DNA of 64,000 nucleotides from Eledone cirrhosa. Its lineage: Eukaryota. The position numbers and the translations under genes were made by a program. Below the pieces are notes generated by a model. The model worked only from the letters and a program-made list of their open reading frames with translations. It did no database searches and had not been told where the DNA came from. Shown here in pieces: positions 1 to 10,813 of the stretch (position 1 is the stretch's first letter; every line of letters starts with the position of its first letter). Location: the NCBI GenBank assembly GCA_964016885.1, contig OZ024741.1, positions 153,388,001-153,452,000 of the forward strand, in the 5' to 3' direction.

Positions 1-425
1 CTGTATGCTTAATTAAAAGCATTTTGAAGACCTTACGCTATTGTTTTAAAGTAGTGACTATGTCACTTACTTCTTTTTTCAACAAACAAAGGGAGATAAG
101 CTGACAAATCTCTGTTTCATACTGTTGGTATTCCTCGGAGCTTAGCACTCCCCATGTCTGTTGAAAATTATGAATGTTGGATTCTTATAGAATTCCAGTA
201 ATAATCAGGAACTGATTATACAGAGTGGTTGCCGGTCCAGCAAAAATTGAAATTTAGAATTGGTGCTCTCCCTTTGTTTATTGAAAAAAGAAGTAAGTGA
301 CATAGTCACTACTTTAAAACAATAGCATAAGGTCTTCAACATGCTTTTAATTAAGCATACAGTGTATTGCAAAATACACTATATATACATTCATATATAC
401 ATCGCTATTTCAGAGCACCAATTCT
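1..425 (-). mobile_element. PLE pseudo-LTR-like fold-back (96-bp inverted arms 1-96 / 267-362) with a degenerate hammerhead
   Basis: Arms are near-perfect reverse complements. Same family as 3351-3903. Minus strand 142-99 reads AGCT-CCGAGGA-ATAC(caaca)GTAT-GAAA-CAGAgatTTG-TC-AGCT. Confidence 0.7.
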
Positions 426-446
426 ATTTTATATATATATATATAT

Positions 447-1033
447 ATATATATCCCACACGCCACCTACATCTACAATACGTATAAACACCACACACAC
501 GTGCATACCCCCACATATTTACACACTCAGCCTCCAGAATCCTCCCCCACCCCTCCCCCACCCCTCTGACCCCTCCCCATCCACACACGCACACACACCT
601 TTTCCTGAACATGGAACCCCGTTCTTCCCCCAACTCTCACATTCACATACACACACACACATACACCTACACACACACCACCTTCAGCCCTCCCCACTCG
701 GACACCCCGCCTCCCTCTCCCCACTCCACCCGCCACCACCCCTACACGCCCCACACCCTTCCACCATTTGTTTATCTTCATGTTTATTTTTATTTTTATT
801 GTTTTTCTATTTATTTTCATTTGTACCCCTTCCACCGTTTCCTGTCACCCCCTTTTTTCTAAATGTCTCTCCCCCACTCCCCTTCACACCCTTGGAACTC
901 TCTTCCCACACACTTTTCGCCTGAAGAAGGGCTTATGCCCGAAAGGCCCCCCCCCCCCCCACTCTCAAGAGCGTGAAACTAATAAACCTTTGTTCGTACT
1001 GCCTCTCTGTTTTGTTCCCGTGCCATTTTTCAC

Positions 1034-1035
<2 letters not shown>
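447..1035 (+). mobile_element. 3' pseudo-LTR of a Penelope-like element with a damaged HHR core
   Basis: C/T-rich tract, then CTGAAGA-A-GGGC-TTAT-GCCC-GAAA (921-944), then AATAAA. Same layout as the PLE 3' end at 37383-37900. Confidence 0.55.
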
Positions 1036-1054
<19 letters not shown>

Positions 1055-1066
<12 letters not shown>

Positions 1067-1296
1067 AATAAACACACAAAGAAGTGTGCTTTGAATTACA
1101 TGGGTTGAAAACAAACTCTATCTATAGTTTGTTCAGGAGTTTAACAGTCATTAAAATGGTTAGTACATTTTAATTCCTTTTTCCAGTTATTATGTATTAT
1201 CCATTTTTTCATAGATTATATGCAATGCACTAAAATGGTTTTCAACCCATGTAATTCAAAACACATTTCTTTGTGTGTTTATTTCTGTATATTATA
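1055..1296. repeat. Inverted repeat, ~58-bp arms
   Basis: AGAAATAAACACACAAAGAAGTGTG...GGGTTGAAAAC versus GTTTTCAACCC...CTTTGTGTGTTTATTTCT. Confidence 0.75.
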
Positions 1297-1390
1297 TTAT
1301 AAAGAGCCCAGTTTTTATACATTGAGCTCAATAATTACAGGGTATTAATGCAAGTTTTAACTCCATTTTCCATTTATATATATATATATA

Positions 1391-1831
1391 GACCTCTCCA
1401 AGACAATGTCACTGGACCAAGATCTTTGGCGCTACGCAGTAATACAGAAGACCCACCTTGCCTAAGTGCAAAGCGAAACCTACAGTCAGTAGGCACCTCT
1501 TACCAAAATACACCCCCGTCCCACTACCCCAACCCCATCCACACCACCCCTTTCTCTGTAAAGTTATGTTGGTACCACAACATCCAGTCCTAAATAAATG
1601 AGGTCGTGTAGGTGTCACAACAAAAAACACACAGTCCACGCTGTAATGTGGCCATGTAGGTAACACAGTAAAAACCTCCCAGTCCACACTGTAAATGTGG
1701 TTGGTGTTAGGAAGGGCATCCAGCTGTAGAAAACCTGCCAGACAGTCCTATACGAGCGAGACAACCAATCTTGCCTCAAGTGGGAAAATTCACGTCCAAA
1801 CCCATGCAAGTGTGGAATATGGACGTTAAAC

Positions 1832-1870
<39 letters not shown>
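1391..1870 (+). mobile_element. 5'-truncated RTE LINE 3' end with (GAT)n tail
   Basis: Aligns by eye with 7086-7547 and 48763-49227. Confidence 0.9.
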
Positions 1871-2210
1871 AGAATAAGGGAATACAAAATTTAGATGATA
1901 AAATCCTTTATTGATAAGGCCATGATACATATTTATAATGGCCTTATCAATAAAGGACTTTATCATCTAAACTTTGTATTTCCTTATTCTAAAAATACTC
2001 TGTCACTCCTGTGAGGACAATGCACATTGAGTTCTTGAATTGAGTTCTTGAATTACATCGATGTTTTTGCAATGTATATATATATATACATTGCAAAAAA
2101 CATCGATGTAATTCAATTCAAGAACTCAATGTGCATTGTCCTCACAGGAGTGACAGAGTACTTTTAGAATAAGGAAATACAAAGTTTAGATGATAAAGTC
2201 CTTTATTGAT
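1870..2210. repeat. Nested palindrome: hairpin 1870-1991 overlapping a ~260-bp palindrome centred on (TA)n near 2080
   Basis: The TAGAATAAGG...TTTATTGAT block occurs forward, reverse, then forward. Confidence 0.85.
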
Positions 2211-2550
2211 ACAATGGTTGCTGGACACTACGGCTTAATATGGGATGTTTGTTTACAAACACACCAAGCATTATAATAAATGTTCGGTGAATCCATACGT
2301 ACATATATATATGTGTGCATGTATGTATATATGTACATACTACTGTACGTCTGTATACATATATGTATGTACGTGTACATACTTATATTTAAGTAACAGC
2401 CGTACTAAGAGTGGGAAATGAAATTTCGTTTCATTTTTTCCGTTTATCGTTTTCGGTGCACCCGGCCGATTAACCCACTCGATATGCAAATTGGGCTACT
2501 CAGCCGTTAATATGCATAAAGTAAGTATATATGTTCAACAATCTGGCAGG

Positions 2551-2605
2551 AAGGTATACGTTGCTGACGATAGCAAATAAGCTTGAAACTAGTACAGCGT
2601 TCCTT
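2551..2605 (+). ncRNA. Minimal type-I hammerhead ribozyme
   Basis: Stem I ACGTTG/CAGCGT, core CTGACGA (2564-2570), stem II (T)AGC-aaataa-GCT(T), GAAA, palindromic stem III ACTAGT, cleavage triplet GUA after 2594. Confidence 0.8.
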
Positions 2606-2968
2606 TGTCAGTGTTGAACAAACGAGCAACGATGGTTGCTAGACACTACGGCTTAATACGGGATGTTTGTTTACAAACACACCGAGAATTATAATAAATG
2701 TTCGGTGAATCCAAATATACATATATATATGTGTGCATGTATGTATATATGTACATACTACTGTACGTCTGTATACATATATGTATGTACGTGTACATAC
2801 TTATATTTAAGTAACAGCCGTACTAAGAGTGGGAAATGAAATTTCGTTTCATTTTTTCCGTTTATCGTTTTCGGTGCACCCGGCCGATTAACCCACTCGA
2901 TATGCAAATTGGGCTACTCAGCCGTTAATATGCATAAAGTAAGTATATATGTTCAACAATCTGGCAGG

Positions 2969-3023
2969 AAGGTATACGTTGCTGACGATAGCAAATAAGC
3001 TTGAAACTAGTACAGCGTTCCTT
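2969..3023 (+). ncRNA. Minimal type-I hammerhead ribozyme, second identical copy
   Basis: Identical to 2551-2605, shifted by 418 bp. Confidence 0.8.
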
Positions 3024-3350
3024 TGTCAGTGTTGAACAAACGAGCAACGATGGTTGCTAGACACTACGGCTTAATACGGGATGTTTGTTTACAAACACAC
3101 CGAGAATTATAATAAATGTTCGGTGAATCCATACATACATATATATATGTGTGCATGTATGTATATATGTACATACTACTGTACGTCTGTATACATATAT
3201 GTATGTACATGTACATACTTATATTTAAGTAACAGCCGTACTAAGAGTGGGAAATGAAATTTCGTTTCATTTTTTCTGTTTATATATATATATATATATA
3301 TGAATGTATATGTATATATGTATATATGTGTGTGTGTGTATATATATATA

Positions 3351-3903
3351 TTAGGATTGGTGCTCTGAAATAGCGATGTATGATGAATGTATGTATAGTA
3401 TATCTGGCAATATACCGTATGTTTAATTAAAAACATTTAGAAGATCTTACGCTATCATTTTTAAAGTAGTGACTATGTCACTTACTTCTTTTCGGCAAAG
3501 TCACTACTTTAAAAATGATAGCGTAAGGTCTTCAAAATGTTTTTAATTAAACACTGTATATTGCCAAATATACTATACATACATTCATGTATACATCGCT
3601 ATTTCAGAGCACCAATCCTAATACCTAATTTTTGCTGGACCGGCAGTTGCTCTGTATAATCAGCTCCTGATTAGTACTGGAATTCTATAAGAATCCAGCC
3701 TCTATAATTTTCGGCGGTAGCAGGGGGTGCGTGGCTCTGATGATCGCCAACCAGCGTGAAACAGACTGTCAGCTTCTCTCCCTTCTTTCACCAAAAAGAA
3801 GTAAGTGACATAGTCACTACTTTAAAAACGATAGCGTATGGTCTTCTAAATGTTTTTAATTAAACATACGGTATATTGCCAAATATACTGTACATACATT
3901 CAT
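3351..3903 (+). mobile_element. PLE pseudo-LTR-like unit: inverted copy plus a partial ~315-bp direct tandem with an HHR
   Basis: 3351-3498 is reverse-complementary to downstream sequence. AGTCACTACTTTAAAAA recurs at ~3499 and ~3812. Homologous to 1-425. Confidence 0.75.
3733..3774 (+). ncRNA. Minimal type-I hammerhead ribozyme
   Basis: GGCT-CTGATGA-T-CGC(caacca)GCG-T-GAAA-CAG-A-CTG-TC-AGCT, GUC cleavage triplet. Confidence 0.78.
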
Positions 3904-4328
3904 CATCATCACCATCATCATCACCATTTTACGTCTGTTCTTCCCCGCTAGCATGGGTTAGACGGGTTGTACTGTTGTGGGCAGTGTCCAGTCGGCTGAC
4001 CTTGTCTTGCTCTTACAGGATCTGATTCTGGCTTGATTTCTACAGCTGGATGCCCTTCCTAACACCAACCTCATTTACAGTGAGTGCTGGGTGCTTTTTT
4101 TTTCCGTGGCGCCTACACGTCCACTTTACAGTGTGGGCTGGGTGCTTTTTTGCCATGGCACCTCCACGACCACCTTGCGGTGGGAGGGGGTGGGGGCATA
4201 TTGTCTATATGCTTCAGCTTCGGCTCATTCCTGTGGGAAGTCGGGTCTTCTGTATTACTGCGTGACGCCAGACGTCACGGTCGTGTGTCATCACACTTGA
4301 GAGGTGCAATTGGGTAAGGTTGGCTTAC
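3901..4328 (-). mobile_element. RTE LINE 3' end (different subfamily), inverted
   Basis: (CAT)n tail at left and the TTTCTACAGCTGGATGCCCTTCCTAACACCAACC motif shared with the RTE 3' UTR. Confidence 0.85.
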
Positions 4329-4398
4329 ATATTTACATACATCTATATATATATATACACTGGGTGGAGTAGGAATATACATCTATATATATATATAC

Positions 4399-7300
4399 GC
4401 TGGGTGGAGTAGGAATCATGGTAGCAGAAAAGTGGGCAGATAAGATAATAGACGTAAATAGAGTGAACGACAGAATAATTAAAATACGACTTGTCCTCAA
4501 TAGAACTACGGTGACAGTAATATCTGCGTACGCACCCCAATCCGGACTGCCCGGCACTATAAAAGACAGATTCTATGAGACACTGATGCTCACTACCTCC
4601 CAAATAACCGACAGTGACTATATAATTATTGCAGGCGACCTAAATGGTCACGTTGGACAACATTGTGACGGCTACGACGAAATCCATGGAGGCTATGGGT
4701 TTGGTACTAGAAATGAGGAAGGCTCCAGAATCCTGGAATTCTGTGACGCAAATAACCTAACTATCTGTAACACTAACTTCAAAAAACGTGACAATCACCT
4801 GATCACCTATAGATCCGGGGAACACACAAGCAAGGTAGATTATATCCTTACCAGAAGACGTGACAGAGTGTCTGTTGTAAACACTAAATCCCTCCCCCAT
4901 GAAGAATGCACCTCCCAACATAGACTGATAATTAGCGACCTCATAGTCAGGACGAGACGTACTCGACAGCAGAAGAGGACTATCCTCAGGAGAAAAATAT
5001 GGAAGCTAAAGGACCCCACAGCCAGAAATAAATTTCAAAGCATATTACTTGATGCTTTCGACAGTCAGGAAGAGCATTTAGAGTCGGACAATATAGAGGG
5101 ACAGTGGGAATTTCTGAAAGCAAACCTGCTGATGGCAACAGACGAAGTCTGTGGCTGGAGCAGGCCTGTAGGCAGGAGGAGAGTAACATGGTGGTGGAAC
5201 AGTAAGGTGGAGGGACAAGTGTACTTCGCAAGAAGGGAAGCAGAGGAAAGAAAGTTCAAGCATGTTCTACAACGCGAGGACCAAAAACGTGAGGTGTTCA
5301 GGATTGCTAGGCAATACGTCAAGGAAAACCGTGATATTGTCGGGGAGAAGTGTGTACTTAATGATGTCGGCGTACTTGCCATCACCGATGCTGATAAGAA
5401 GGTAGCTTGGAAGTGTCACTACGAAAGGCTACTAAATGAGGAGAATAAATGGGAGAAAGACAGTCTCCCCCACATCGACCCAATAGAGGGACCAGCAGTG
5501 TTAGTCGAGGGGAGTATAATAAGTAAGGCAATCAAGGATATGAAGACAGGTAAGGCGGCTGGGCCTTCGGAAATAGTTGCTGAGATGCTGAAGGCATCTG
5601 GCACGGTGGGACACACCATGGTCACCCGCATAGTTAACCAAGTCGTACAGAATGGGGTTGTTCCGAAGGACTGGCATAGCAGCATCATCGTTAACTGTTA
5701 TAAGGGTAAAGGAGATGCCCTAGATAGGAGTAACTATAGAGGCATTAAATTAATTGACCAGGTCATGAAGGTCACGGAAAAAGTAATAGCGCAACTAATC
5801 AGAGAGAGAATTGACCTAGATGAAATGCAGTTCGGGTTTGTGTCAGGCAAAAGTACCACAGACGCTCTTTTCATTGTACGACAACTACAGGAGAAGTACC
5901 TAGCTAAAGGTAAACCCCTCTACTTAGCTTTTGTCGACTTGGAGAAAGCCTTCGACAGAGTCCCCCGTTCCATTATCTGGTGGGCTCTTAGAAAACTAGG
6001 GGTTGACGAATGGCTTGTGAGAGCTATACAAGCCATGTATAAAGAAACAGTCAGCAAGGTTAGAATTAACAACGAATATAGTGAAGAGTTTAGCGTAAAA
6101 GTTGGCGTCCATCAGGGCTCTGTTCTCAGCCCCCTACTATTTATTATTGCCCTTCAGGGTATAACAGAGGAGTTCAAGACCGGCTGCCCATGGGAACTCC
6201 TATACGCAGACGACCTGACACTCATAGCTGAATCAATGGCCGAGCTAGAGAAGAAATTCCAAACATGGAAGCACGGCCTAGAATCAAAAGGACTTAAAAT
6301 TAACCTGGCTAAGACTAAAGTTCTAGTTTGTAGGAAAGAAAATAAGGCGGCGGTCCCTTCTGGGAAATGGCCATGCTCAGTGTGTAGGAAAGGCGTAGGT
6401 AGAAACTCCATTTTATGTCCCAAATGCAAAGTATGGGTGCATAAAAGATGTAGTGGGATCACAGGTAAGCTAACTAAGAACATAAATTTTACATGTGGCC
6501 GGTGCTCTGGTGCAATAAGTAGCAGCAAGTGCCCACAAAATACTAGCTCTTTCAATTGCGCAGAGGGTTCTATAGAAATAGTGGACAGCTTCCGTTACCT
6601 GGGCGACAAAATCAGCAGTGGGGGAGGGTGCTCTGAAAGTACAGTAGCTAGAGTCAGAACTGGTTGGAAAAAGTTCAGAGAGCTTATACCACTATTAGCT
6701 GCTAAAGGGTTCTCCCTAAAAATGAAAGGCAGGTTGTATGATGCCTGCATATGAACAGCAATGTTGCATGGCAGTGAAACCTGGGCATTGTGTGCAGAGG
6801 ATATACGCAGACTGGAGAGGAATGAAGCTTGCATGCTCCGCTGGATGTGTAACAGTAATATACGTGAACGGCAAAGCATAAACGAACTAAGGAAAAAATT
6901 AGAAATAAGAGGGATCAGATGTTGTTTACTCGAGAGAAGGTTACGTTGGTATGGACACGTGATGCGCATGAAAGTCGATAGCTGTATAACAAAGTGCAGG
7001 GCAATAAAGATAGACGGTAGCCACGGAATAGGCAGACCTAGAAAAACCTGGGATGAGCTGATAAACTCCGACCTCACACACTTACACCTCTCCAAGACAA
7101 TGTCACTGGACCGAGAGCTTTGGCGGTACTCAGTAACAGAGAAGACCCGCCTTACCTAAATACATAGTAAAACCTACTACAGCCAGTAGGCATCTCTAAC
7201 AAAATACACCCCCGTCCCACCACCCCCACCCATCCACACCGCCCCCTTCTATGTAAAGTTATGTTGGTGCCACAACATCCAGGCCGAAACAAATGAGATC

Positions 7301-7547
7301 GTGTAGGTGTCACGACAAAAAAACACACAGTCCACGCTGTAATGTGGCCGTGTAGGCAACACGGTAAAAACCTCCCAGACCCACACTGTAAATGTGGTTG
7401 GTGTTAGGAAGGGCATCCAACTGTAGAAAACCTGCCAGACAGTCCTATGCGAGCAAGACAATCACTCTTGCCTCAAGTGGGAAAACCCCGTCCAAACCCA
7501 TGCAAGCGTGGAACACGGACGTTAAACGTTGATGATGATGATGATGA
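4399..7547 (+). mobile_element. RTE LINE copy 1, 5'-truncated, with a 90-nt in-frame deletion and a premature stop
   Basis: Near-identical to 45986-49227, ends in a (GAT)n tail. Confidence 0.95.
4418..7159 (+). pseudogene. Disrupted RTE APE-endonuclease/RT ORF
   Basis: GDLNG, SQHRL, FVDLEKAFD, GVHQGSVLSP, YADD and FRYLG motifs. CGA->TGA at 6752-6754 splits the ORF into 4418-6754 and 6761-7159. Confidence 0.95.
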
Positions 7548-7739
7548 TACACACACACATACATATATACATACATATATAATGTGAATAAAGCCCTTAC
7601 TGTATAGCCAACCATGTCACTCTTCTTTCTTGAATTATTATATATATATATGTATATATATATATATGTGTGTGTGTATATATATATATATATATACATA
7701 CATCTCTCTCTCTATATATATATATATATATAAATATTA

Positions 7740-7958
7740 TTTGTTTATTTTCAAACATGAAACAAAATGCAGTACCTAAGGTTTCAAGGTCCAATTATGA
7801 CTATCTCCCCAGATTCTGCACGATGGTGCAGGGTAGAAGAGTGATCAAATTTGTGATCTTGTCATCAGGCACTTGGACAAGTTTTTCTCTTGGGAGATGG
7901 TCGTAATTAGACCTTGAAACTTTAGGCAGTACTTTTTGTTCCATGAACATAAATAATA
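7740..7958. repeat. Imperfect fold-back related to the Naiad-like PLE terminus
   Basis: CTAAGGTTTCAAGGTCCAATTATGACTATCTCCC versus GGGAGATGGTCGTAATTAGACCTTGAAACTTTAG. Similar sequence at 28405-28455. Partial HHR core CTGATGA on the minus strand at 7862-7868. Confidence 0.65.
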
Positions 7959-8459
7959 TAATATATCAGCTCTAATATAAGATTTCACACTGTTTTCTTT
8001 TTTTTCTTTTTCACATCCACCAATATTTTACTACATATACATCATCATCGTTTAATGTCCATCTTCCATGCTAGCATGGGTTAGACGGGTTTGTCCCACT
8101 TGAGGCAAGATTGGTTGGGTGACCGTGTCTCGCATATATCATCATCATCATATATATATGTATGTGTAGGTTTTATATACATATAATACACACACACGAA
8201 CACACACACATGAACATATATATACATATAGACATACATACAAATATATATATAGAGAGAGAGGGAGGAGAGGAAGGGAGGGAGGGATTGAATGAGACAA
8301 AGAGTGAAAGAGTGTGTGAGAGAGAGAGAGAGAATCTAACAAAAGGTGGTGTGTATACCAGTACTTATTCACTGTTGTATATATAGCATTGTTAATGGAA
8401 AAGGTGTTTGAATTGGGTGTGTAGTTATTTCCTCCTCCCCCTCCACCTAATCCCATGTA

Positions 8460-8502
<43 letters not shown>

Positions 8503-8821
8503 TGATGATGATATATATATATATATATATATTTAAATATAACTTTCCATGTATATATTTATATATATATTTATATATATATATGTATATTTATATATAT
8601 ATATTGCTACTCCCCAACCTTGTCCACATCACTAATACCTCCAAAATCACCACCAAAAACACATCCACCACTGCAACGACCATCATAAACACCATTAGCA
8701 CCACCAATACTATCATGAAAACAACCAGCATCACAACACCCATTACCACCACTAGCACCACCACAACCACCATCATGTTAGCATAAACATGTGACTAAAA
8801 CCAAATATCACTATTGATTAG

Positions 8822-8954
8822 AGGATATTTGGAGTAAGTCAATGTTAAAATTAATTGTTAATCCTTTGACGAATCCTAAAGATCTTGTTAACCTTATCTC
8901 TGCTTTGTTTGTCACTGATGAAAGAGGAATCTACCTTCCTGGACTTGATAACAG
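8822..8954 (+). CDS. Possible internal exon of an unidentified host gene
   Basis: TTAG acceptor, open frame DIWSKSMLKLIVNPLTNPKDLVNLISALFVTDERGIYLPGLDN, strong AG|GTAAGT donor, in non-repetitive DNA. Confidence 0.4.
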
Positions 8955-9089
8955 GTAAGTTTCCTTCAAAGTAAGCCTGACTTATAACAATATATAATCC
9001 TTCAATGTCAGTGTTGGTACAAAGCAAAAAAACACACATTGTATACTTTCTAAAGTGTTAATGTCAATGCCCTGAAAAATAAATAGCCA

Positions 9090-9366
9090 GTACACAATCT
9101 AAACTTGTAATACTGGTGCCATAAAAAAAATGTACCCTGTACATTCTGTAAAGTGTAAGTGTTGACGCAACTAAAATGGCACCCAGTACACCCTGCAAGG
9201 TGGCTAGCATTAGGAAAGGCATCCAGCCATAGAAGCCATGTCAAATATGGAAGGTATGCACAAGTCAGGTTGCACAGACATGTCTGGTATTGGACTGTGA
9301 TAACCCATCCAACTCATGCCAGCATGAAAAGCAGATGTAAAATAATGATGATGATGATGATGATGA
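9090..9366 (+). mobile_element. RTE-tail SINE/LINE 3' fragment
   Basis: TAGGAAAGGCATCCAGCC...CATGCCAGCATGAAAA followed by (GAT)n. Confidence 0.7.
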
Positions 9367-9374
9367 ATCTTAAA

Positions 9375-10180
9375 AATGTCATCTACAGTATAGATTTGTC
9401 GGCTGGAATGTACGCACGACATGGCATTACAAAACTCTTTAGAAGGTGCTCTCCAAGAAACACTTGATAGGTTTGCTGCCGGGTGCTGCAAGGCAAGAAT
9501 GAAAATCAATGCTGCACTCATCCTCAAAAGGAAGCCTGTTCAGTGCACTCTACATGTAAGTGGACTTCCACAGAAGCAGGTAGAGAAATTCAAGTATCTT
9601 GGGACTGTGTTCATCAATGATAGAAAGCAGGAGGCTTAATTAAGTGCAAGAATTGCAGAAGCTAGTACAGTAATGTGCCAGCTTCAGCATTTGGTCATCA
9701 GAAGAAGGGAGGTAAGTGTAAAAGCTAAACTCGCTATCCTCAATTCGTTATTCGTGGCAACCTTACCTATGGTCATGAATCTTGGGTAATGACCAAAAGA
9801 ATATGATCATGAATACAAGCAGTCAAAATGGGGCTCCTATAAAGGGTCTTTGGAGTAACTTTACTTGATAGAGTGCATTGCTCAGAGATCAAAGAGTTAC
9901 TCCAGGTAGAGCCACTACTTCTGCAAATTAAGAGATTACAGCTCCAATACTATGGACATGTGGTTAGAAAGTCTCAGGAAAGAATTACTGGACAGATTTT
10001 ATGGGCAAAACTAACCAGCAGGGTAGACCCCAAGCAAGCTGGTTGGATAACATCCATGAGCTTGGCTAGTCTCACTTCAGGATCTAGCCAGATCAATTGG
10101 AGACTGTGGCTTCTTACAGGACTCACTGGATGGTGTGCTTGACCATCCCAGAAATAAGTGGGCAAAGAAGGTTTATAAAC
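9375..10180 (+). mobile_element. Decayed RTE-like LINE, RT C-terminal part
   Basis: QVEKFKYLG, LTYGHESW-like and QLQYYGHVVR remnants with frameshifts. Confidence 0.8.
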
Positions 10181-10189
10181 TTGTGTCAC

Positions 10190-10655
10190 ACCATCATTCT
10201 TGACTCAACAAATTGACTGACACAATATTGCAGTAAGAAGACACGTCTTCCCATGCGCACAGACTCAAACATACATCTAGTAAACACCTCTTAACCACTA
10301 TTCTCCCTTCCATACATGCCCCAACACCCACCTACCTACTTCTGTCCACACCACCCTTACACTGTAAAGTTATGTTGGTATCACAACAAAAAAGCATCCA
10401 GACCACACTGTAAAGTGGTTATGTAGGTGTCATAACAAAAGGCACCCAGCACACACTGTAAAGTGGTCATGTAGGAGTCACAACAAAAAGTTCCCAGCAC
10501 ACACTGTAAAATCCAGCCATAGAAACCAAGCCAGAAACAGTTCTATATGAGCAAGACACAATCACCTAACCTAACTTACCTCTAATGGAACAACCCGTCT
10601 AACCCATGCTAGCATGGAAAATGGACATTGAACAATAATGATGATGATGGTGGTG
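10190..10655 (+). mobile_element. RTE 3' end fragment
   Basis: CACACTGTAAAG subrepeats and CCCATGCTAGCATGG followed by (GAT)n. Confidence 0.75.
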
Positions 10656-10780
10656 AATAGTTTCAGGCTGTGTTTATCAATACTGGTTATATATGCTTGG
10701 ATGAAATTTTGATGAAATTTCTATCAAAATATTCAAATCTAAACATAACCCATGCAAGCGTGGAAAAACAGATATAAAAC

Positions 10781-10813
<33 letters not shown>

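Larger units (their letters stand above)
2214..3283 (+). repeat. 418-bp tandem repeat (~2.6 copies), retrozyme-like
   Basis: ATGGTTGCT(G/A)GACACTACGGC recurs at 2214, 2632 and 3050. Units are nearly identical and have no long ORF. Confidence 0.92.

Noticed and set aside
367-924. 185-aa Pro/His-rich ORF
   Set aside because: It is a low-complexity C-rich pLTR tract crossing unrelated repeats, with a non-ATG start.
3901-4420. Twin-priming inversion of LINE copy 1
   Set aside because: The inverted piece is a 3' end of a different subfamily with its own tail, not the missing 5' part of copy 1.
4986-7095. Minus-strand ORFs repeated in all three LINE copies
   Set aside because: These are antisense shadows of the RT ORF. 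Recurrence reflects recent copy identity, not selection.
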